DNA of 64,000 nt. Source: Candidatus Multivoradales bacterium. Lineage in GTDB: Bacteria; Acidobacteriota; Thermoanaerobaculia; Multivoradales; JAHEKO01. Shown piece by piece: positions 58,920 to 64,000 of this stretch. Numbering within the stretch: the stretch's first letter is position 1; every line of letters starts with the position of its first letter. The notes below the pieces were generated by a model. It made no database searches and was not told the DNA's origin. It worked only from the letters and a program-made list of their open reading frames with translations. A program made the position numbers and the translations under genes. Location of the stretch: NCBI GenBank assembly GCA_965248055.1, contig CBDFIJ010000004.1, positions 320,001 through 384,000 on the forward strand. Reading direction: 5' to 3'.

Positions 58920-59804
58920 CTAGGTAGCTCGCTGTTGAAGCGTCAGCGCGACACCGCCCAGGATCACTGAACTCGCGACAACCAATCGCGTGCTCAGTAC
59001 CTCGTGCAGAAAAAATACGCCGCCCAGAGCCGCGATGACCGGCACCAGCAACTGCACGGTCGCGGCTTGGGTGTTGGCCAACCCAGGTAGAGCGGCATAC
59101 CAGACAACGTATCCCAGCCCCGAAGTCACTGCGCCAGAAATAACCGCCAACCCGACTCCCGCGACGGTGAGGTTTTGATCGCCCCAAAGCACAATTGCCA
59201 GAACTACCGCCAACGGCGCTGCACAGAGAAAATTCGAAGCCGTTGCGGCCACCGGATCGGCCACCGAACGACCCCAGAGCGAGTAGAAACCCCAAGCAAC
59301 ACCCGAGAGAAGCATCAGTACCGAGCCGGTCAGCGACGGAGCCGCCAGCCCGGGAGACAGCAAATATGCCAGTCCGGAAAACGCGCCGACCAACCCCAGA
59401 CTTTGCCACCACGCCAGCCGGTCGCCCTGGAGCATGCCCGCCAGCAACATCGTAATCTGCACCGCGGCAAACAAAATAAGAGCTCCGGTACCAGCGTCCA
59501 GAGTCAAGTAAGCGAAGGAAAAAGCGGCGGCGTAGATTAACAACGCCAGCGACGGACCCCATCTAGCCATCGACCGCGCCCGAGACTTTGTTGGCCTCAG
59601 CCAACGCCGCAGGAGAAAAATGAGTGCCAGAGTCAGTGCTCCAGACACCAGTCGAACTGCGGTAAAACTGGCTGCATCAAGGCCTTGCTCTGCCAACGCC
59701 ATCCTGGCAAGGATCGAGTTCCCGGCGAAGGCCAGAAGAGCAAGAGTGGTGAACAGTGAGGTACGCAGGATTACCCCAGATCTCAAGACTCCGATGGACC
59801 CCAA
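58920..59804 (-). CDS. DMT/EamA family transporter
   Basis: AFAGNS, 10 TM-like segments, SGAVTSGLGY. Confidence 0.88.
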   Translation of the reverse strand: MGSIGVLRSGVILRTSLFTTLALLAFAGNSILARMALAEQGLDAASFTAVRLVSGALTLALIFLLRRWLRPTKSRARSMARWGPSLALLIYAAAFSFAYLTLDAGTGALILFAAVQITMLLAGMLQGDRLAWWQSLGLVGAFSGLAYLLSPGLAAPSLTGSVLMLLSGVAWGFYSLWGRSVADPVAATASNFLCAAPLAVVLAIVLWGDQNLTVAGVGLAVISGAVTSGLGYVVWYAALPGLANTQAATVQLLVPVIAALGGVFFLHEVLSTRLVVASSVILGGVALTLQQRAT

Positions 59805-60188
59805 AACGCCAACATCCAGCGGATCGCAAACCGATCCTCGACCATTCCCATTCTCCCTTGCAAAGGCATCAGTACCTTGCCCTCGCGAGACAAAGAGGCG
59901 AACGCGTTCTCCTGTTCACTCGCATCAGAAAAGGCGACGAACAGAGCAAAGTTTGTCCCCTCCTGCATCTCCTGCCCTGGCATTGCTGCCAGATGCCATC
60001 AACACCAAATCGCCAGCACGGAATTCAGAATTGCACACTCGATCCGCTGCCTCTGACGAAAGTTCCATTGGTGCATCGGCATAAGTCTGAAGCATGGCGA
60101 TCGTGCCGTCGAGACAGTCGGCGCAAAACTGGAGCGCTCGTTGACAAGTTTCCGGAAAAAAGAGGTAAGGCCGCAGGTTTTTCGTCAC
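59783..60188 (-). pseudogene. VOC/PhnB-like protein, frameshifted near 59985
   Basis: PYLFF...LMAS continues in another frame as MPGQ...GTNFAL...GKVLMPL...EDRFAIRWM. Confidence 0.7.
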
Positions 60189-60220
60189 AAACCCTCCGAG
60201 ATCCCACTACACAACTGCCT

Positions 60221-60988
60221 CTACTGATTCCCAGCGATTCGCCGCCAAAGAAAAGACGGCAGATTTCTGAATACCAAAAACAGCACACCCAGAATCGGAG
60301 GAATCCAGATCACCCGGCTAGTCCTCGCGCAGATGATCTTTTCCACCGCCTTGGCGACCGCGCTGGTGTCAGTGGCAAAGGGCGCCGGATCCATACCCTC
60401 GGTCATTTGGGAAGCAACAAAGCCCGGACGCACAATATGCACCAGTACGCCGGTGCCATCAAGAGAGTCTCGCAGTCCTTGGGCAAATGCATCGATCCCG
60501 GCTTTGGCCGAACCGTAGAGGAAGTTCGCCGCCCGAGCACGCGCCCCAGCCACCGACGACAACACGACGATGGATCCGTGACGCTGGCTCCTGAGTACCT
60601 TGGCAGTCTCCAACAAAGCCGTAGCCGGCCCAACATAGTTGGTCGCCATCAGCTTTTCCGCTTGCTCGGGCGCCAATGCGGCCTCGGACTGCGCAGCTAG
60701 AGCGCCGACGGTACACAACACCAAGTCAACGTCGCCCACCAGCGCCTGTGTCTTTTCGATAAGAAGCGCGTGGCCACCAGAGTCAAGGGTATCCCAAGCT
60801 TCGATATGCACATCGACATTCGGCAGCGGCGCGTCTTGAAGACGCTGGGCAACGGCATTGGGATCTCGGACCGCAAGCACGGCAGACTCCAAACCGCGTG
60901 CCGCAAGTCGCTGCAAGATCGCCCAGCCGATGTCGCTATTGCCACCAAGTACCAGCACCGTCCCAGGGCTGCCAAATGCGTTCCTCAT
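60221..60988 (-). CDS. dprE2: DprE2-like SDR
   Basis: LGGNSDIG, SSVAG, YGSAKAG, VRPGFV; downstream of dprE1. Confidence 0.8.
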   Translation of the reverse strand: MRNAFGSPGTVLVLGGNSDIGWAILQRLAARGLESAVLAVRDPNAVAQRLQDAPLPNVDVHIEAWDTLDSGGHALLIEKTQALVGDVDLVLCTVGALAAQSEAALAPEQAEKLMATNYVGPATALLETAKVLRSQRHGSIVVLSSVAGARARAANFLYGSAKAGIDAFAQGLRDSLDGTGVLVHIVRPGFVASQMTEGMDPAPFATDTSAVAKAVEKIICARTSRVIWIPPILGVLFLVFRNLPSFLWRRIAGNQ

Positions 60989-62334
60989 GATCGACCACTC
61001 AAATCCAAGCGACGATCCATGTCGCTGGTGAGCACCAGCTTGGGATCAACGGTTCGACGAATTTGCCGCCACTCTTCCAATCGGGGATACATCTTCTTCA
61101 CATGCTGTCGCCGAAGTCGCGCGTCTTTTGCCAAATAGACCCGCCCGCCAGCATCCACCACTCTTTCATCCAATTGATCGAGAAACGGTGCAACTTCTGG
61201 GATCGCGGGGAGGTCGACGGCGAGTGTCCAGCCCTCCAGAGGAAACGATAGATGGCCTGACCCCTGGGGTCCGAATCGCTTGAGCACTGCCAGGAAACTC
61301 GGAGTGCGGGTCTTGGCGAACTGTTCGACGATTCCACGCAGGGTATCCAAGCTCTCGTTCGGCACCACAAACTGGTACTGAATAAACCCCCGTTCACCGT
61401 AGAGACGATTCCATTCTTGAATTCCATCCAGCGGATGAAAAAAACCGGCTATCGACTCCAAGGTCGAGGTCTCACGGCCCCCAGCACGACGGTACCAAGC
61501 CTGGTTGAAAGCTGTCCCGGTCCAGCGATTGAGCAATCCTTGGGGGGTTACCTTGGGGATGGTCAGCAGAGAACGAGGAGCAAAGTCGAGTGGCTTTTGC
61601 GCTCGGGCCGAGTCGAGTTGGTCTAGCGACGCGTACTCCCCCGAACTCACCACACCCCGACCTACCGCATCGCCGCGCGCAAGCAAATCAATCCAGGCGA
61701 CCACGAAACGGGATTCCTGGTGGGCTATCACCAACCGGTCGAGTAGCTGCTCCAAGTTCTGCGCGCGTTGGTTGTCGACATTCATCCACGCGGTCTCGAT
61801 CGGTTCAAGTTGGATCTCAGCTCGGGTGATAATCCCGGTCAGGCCCATACCTCCGGTGGTGGCGTCAAACAGTTCTTCTCCCGGCAACACCGAAACCGGC
61901 CCGCTCTCAGGGGTTACTAGGTCAATGCTCTTGCAGCAGCCAGAGAATCCGCCGTCGCGGTGGTGATTCTTACCGTGAACGTCGGCAGCGATCGCTCCCC
62001 CGACGGTCACGTAGCGGGTTCCGGGAGTCACCGAAACAAACCATCCTTTGGGCAAGGACCATCGGATCAGCGAATCCAGCGTGGTCTCAGCGCTAACTTG
62101 AATGACGCCCGTGCTTGAGTCCATTTCAAGAGCGGACTCCGTCGAGTTAGCTTGTAGGACCAAACCGCCGGCGTTCTGCGCTGCGTCGCCATAACTGCGA
62201 CCAAGGCCTCGGGCAAGCACTCCCCGGGTGGTTGAATCTTCAAAAGCCTGCAAAGCGGCCGCCGCGTTCAGAGGCGCGACCGTCGACAGCGACCTAGTGG
62301 AACGACCCCATCCGCTGAGTTCGCGCTCGGTCAT
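60985..62334 (-). CDS. dprE1: DprE1-like FAD oxidoreductase
   Basis: RGLGRSYGDAAQN, PGTRYVTVGGAIAADVHGKNHH, GRVYLAKD. Confidence 0.88.
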   Translation of the reverse strand: MTERELSGWGRSTRSLSTVAPLNAAAALQAFEDSTTRGVLARGLGRSYGDAAQNAGGLVLQANSTESALEMDSSTGVIQVSAETTLDSLIRWSLPKGWFVSVTPGTRYVTVGGAIAADVHGKNHHRDGGFSGCCKSIDLVTPESGPVSVLPGEELFDATTGGMGLTGIITRAEIQLEPIETAWMNVDNQRAQNLEQLLDRLVIAHQESRFVVAWIDLLARGDAVGRGVVSSGEYASLDQLDSARAQKPLDFAPRSLLTIPKVTPQGLLNRWTGTAFNQAWYRRAGGRETSTLESIAGFFHPLDGIQEWNRLYGERGFIQYQFVVPNESLDTLRGIVEQFAKTRTPSFLAVLKRFGPQGSGHLSFPLEGWTLAVDLPAIPEVAPFLDQLDERVVDAGGRVYLAKDARLRRQHVKKMYPRLEEWRQIRRTVDPKLVLTSDMDRRLDLSGRS

Positions 62335-63221
62335 AGACCAACGCCAACCAAGAACAGGACACACCAAGAGAGCGCAGCGAGCGTGATCACTCGATCTTGA
62401 AACAACAGGGCCTCCGGTGCCTCACCGCGACCATGATCTGCCGCCAGCAGGTACCGCAGCAGAGCTAAGACAAAGGGAACCACGGATAGCGCCAGCCAAG
62501 GGGAACTGGAGGGACGAATCGCCGCCTGTTCGAACGCCCACAGCGAATAGGCGATCAGAGTTCCGCCCGCGGCTATTGTTCTTACTTGCCCCAAAAAAGA
62601 AACTGAATAGGCGGCCAAGACCGATCGAGAATGGCTGCTGCCGCCCCTGGCGAGTTCAGAGCCTCTCTTTCCGGCGATTACAGCGAGTGCGCCAAACGCA
62701 GTCACAGTTAGGAAGTGTGTTGAAATCGGAACCGCCGCAGCGCTCGCCCCCACTCCCGCTCGAATGACAAACCCTGACGCCACCAGCAGCAATTCGACAA
62801 CCGCCACACGCTTCAATCCTGCAGAATAAGCTAGGGAAACAAACAGGTACGTCAGCAGCAGGCCGAAGACACCAGCGTTGATCGACCAACCTAGCCACAG
62901 GCCCACAATCGTGAGAACAGCCGCGGCGGTCAACGCTAGCCCAATTGAGATCTGTCTAGCCGCGATCGGGCGGAAACGTTTCTTGGGGTGTACCCGGTCA
63001 GCCTCGACATCCGCAACGTCATTGGCGAGATAGACAGCACTTGCAATGGCACAGAACGCTCCAAAGGAAATACCGACTCGCCCGGCTATGTTCGGATCCA
63101 GTATTGATCCAGCGGCCGTCGGTGCGGCAAAAACCAGGGCGTTCTTAATCCAATGAAGCGGTCGCAAAGCACCTACAAATGCGGCAAGCCTTCCCAAGAA
63201 TGTCGCGTCGGATTGACTCAT
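62331..63221 (-). CDS. polyprenyl-phosphate 5-phosphoribosyltransferase (UbiA family)
   Basis: RPLHWIKN, NDVADVEADRVHPKKRFRPIA, GKRGSEL. Confidence 0.88.
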   Translation of the reverse strand: MSQSDATFLGRLAAFVGALRPLHWIKNALVFAAPTAAGSILDPNIAGRVGISFGAFCAIASAVYLANDVADVEADRVHPKKRFRPIAARQISIGLALTAAAVLTIVGLWLGWSINAGVFGLLLTYLFVSLAYSAGLKRVAVVELLLVASGFVIRAGVGASAAAVPISTHFLTVTAFGALAVIAGKRGSELARGGSSHSRSVLAAYSVSFLGQVRTIAAGGTLIAYSLWAFEQAAIRPSSSPWLALSVVPFVLALLRYLLAADHGRGEAPEALLFQDRVITLAALSWCVLFLVGVGL

Positions 63222-63399
63222 CGTTTCTCAGCTGCACACCCTGAGGCGCTTTTCAACAATAGTAAAGGAATGTGGCAGGTTGTCATGTTCTTTGCGTTCA
63301 ACGTCATGAGTCACGAACCTGCAACAAGCTTGTGCAGTGGGGGGTGCCCCACGATGCTGAGTTGTCGCGCACGATCCACAATTCGCAATAATTTGTTCC

Positions 63400-64000
63400 C
63401 TACTTCACGCCCTTAATCGGCGACGACCAAGCACGCGCGGTCCTGCTCTGGCCATTGTCCTTCAGCTCAGCGCGGAGGTACAGGACTTGTCCATTTTCTG
63501 GCTTGAACTGTGCGGTACGCGCTTTCAGCATCCGCCCTGGATCATTCCATCGTTTTAGGACTTGCCACCCTTGATGCCGCCGATAACTCATAACTTCAAC
63601 AAAGGTAATCTCGCGGGGAGCTACGACAAGCACTTCTGCCACCACCCTTGGCTTGGCCGACGACACGCTTAAGCGCGCCCCCATCTCGACTCCTCCCACG
63701 GTGAAGTCCAAAATAATTCTCTCGCCTGTTGTGCCATATGAGCGTCGCGCTCGAAGCGAATTGAATACATCTTCACGAGTAAGGTCCGATCCCATTATTG
63801 CGGTTAGACCGGTGTGGGGCCGCCCCGGATGGGCCACATGGTTGTCGCTCCCCGCCACCACTCCGAGGTGATTCCCAGCCGCCCACGCGTCGCGAGCATA
63901 GTGTGGTCCCGCTTCGCTAACGGCACCACTGAATCTCACATTTTCATAAGACAGCGGGTCATCTGGAGAATAGTGTTCGGAACTTCCATGGCTTGAATAG
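63400..64000 (-). CDS. DUF3604/PHP-like metallohydrolase, C-terminal part
   Basis: YSSHGSSE, GSDNH..HPG, LTRE..SLRARRSYGTTG; frame open to the window end. Confidence 0.75.
   Translation of the reverse strand, partial: YSSHGSSEHYSPDDPLSYENVRFSGAVSEAGPHYARDAWAAGNHLGVVAGSDNHVAHPGRPHTGLTAIMGSDLTREDVFNSLRARRSYGTTGERIILDFTVGGVEMGARLSVSSAKPRVVAEVLVVAPREITFVEVMSYRRHQGWQVLKRWNDPGRMLKARTAQFKPENGQVLYLRAELKDNGQSRTARAWSSPIKGVK

Noticed and set aside
1-64000. Reverse transcriptase systems (DGR, retron, group II intron), prophage structural genes, rRNA
   Set aside because: No RT motifs, capsid or terminase genes, or rRNA-like sequence recognised

Overview
Bacterial chromosome segment, probably Acidobacteriota (inferred from the rplM-rpsI-rpsB-tsf-pyrH-frr gene order, short EF-Ts and the FolD C-terminal insertion). 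Left end (1-9.8 kb): an IS3 element and a ~7.9 kb genomic island integrated at the 3' end of tRNA-Thr(UGU). The island carries a tyrosine integrase, a large serine recombinase, a canonical-looking integron attC site, a SorC-like regulator and two secreted proteins (one with a CHAP domain); repeat evidence suggests a second related island in tandem to the left. Next come a type IV minor-pilin/PilY1 operon, a translation core operon, menG-folD and a CoaE-ITPase fusion. A cassette-like and plasmid-relic accessory block (25-38.5 kb) holds a degenerate attC, repA/parA remnants, a MacAB-like exporter and an ORF split by a 103-bp IS-end copy. The rest is a REP/MITE-rich core region with IS630, a Cys-mirror lipoprotein, rhlE with a structured leader and a ubiA-dprE1-dprE2 polyprenyl-phospho-arabinose operon. 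All calls come from reading the sequence; no database searches were run.
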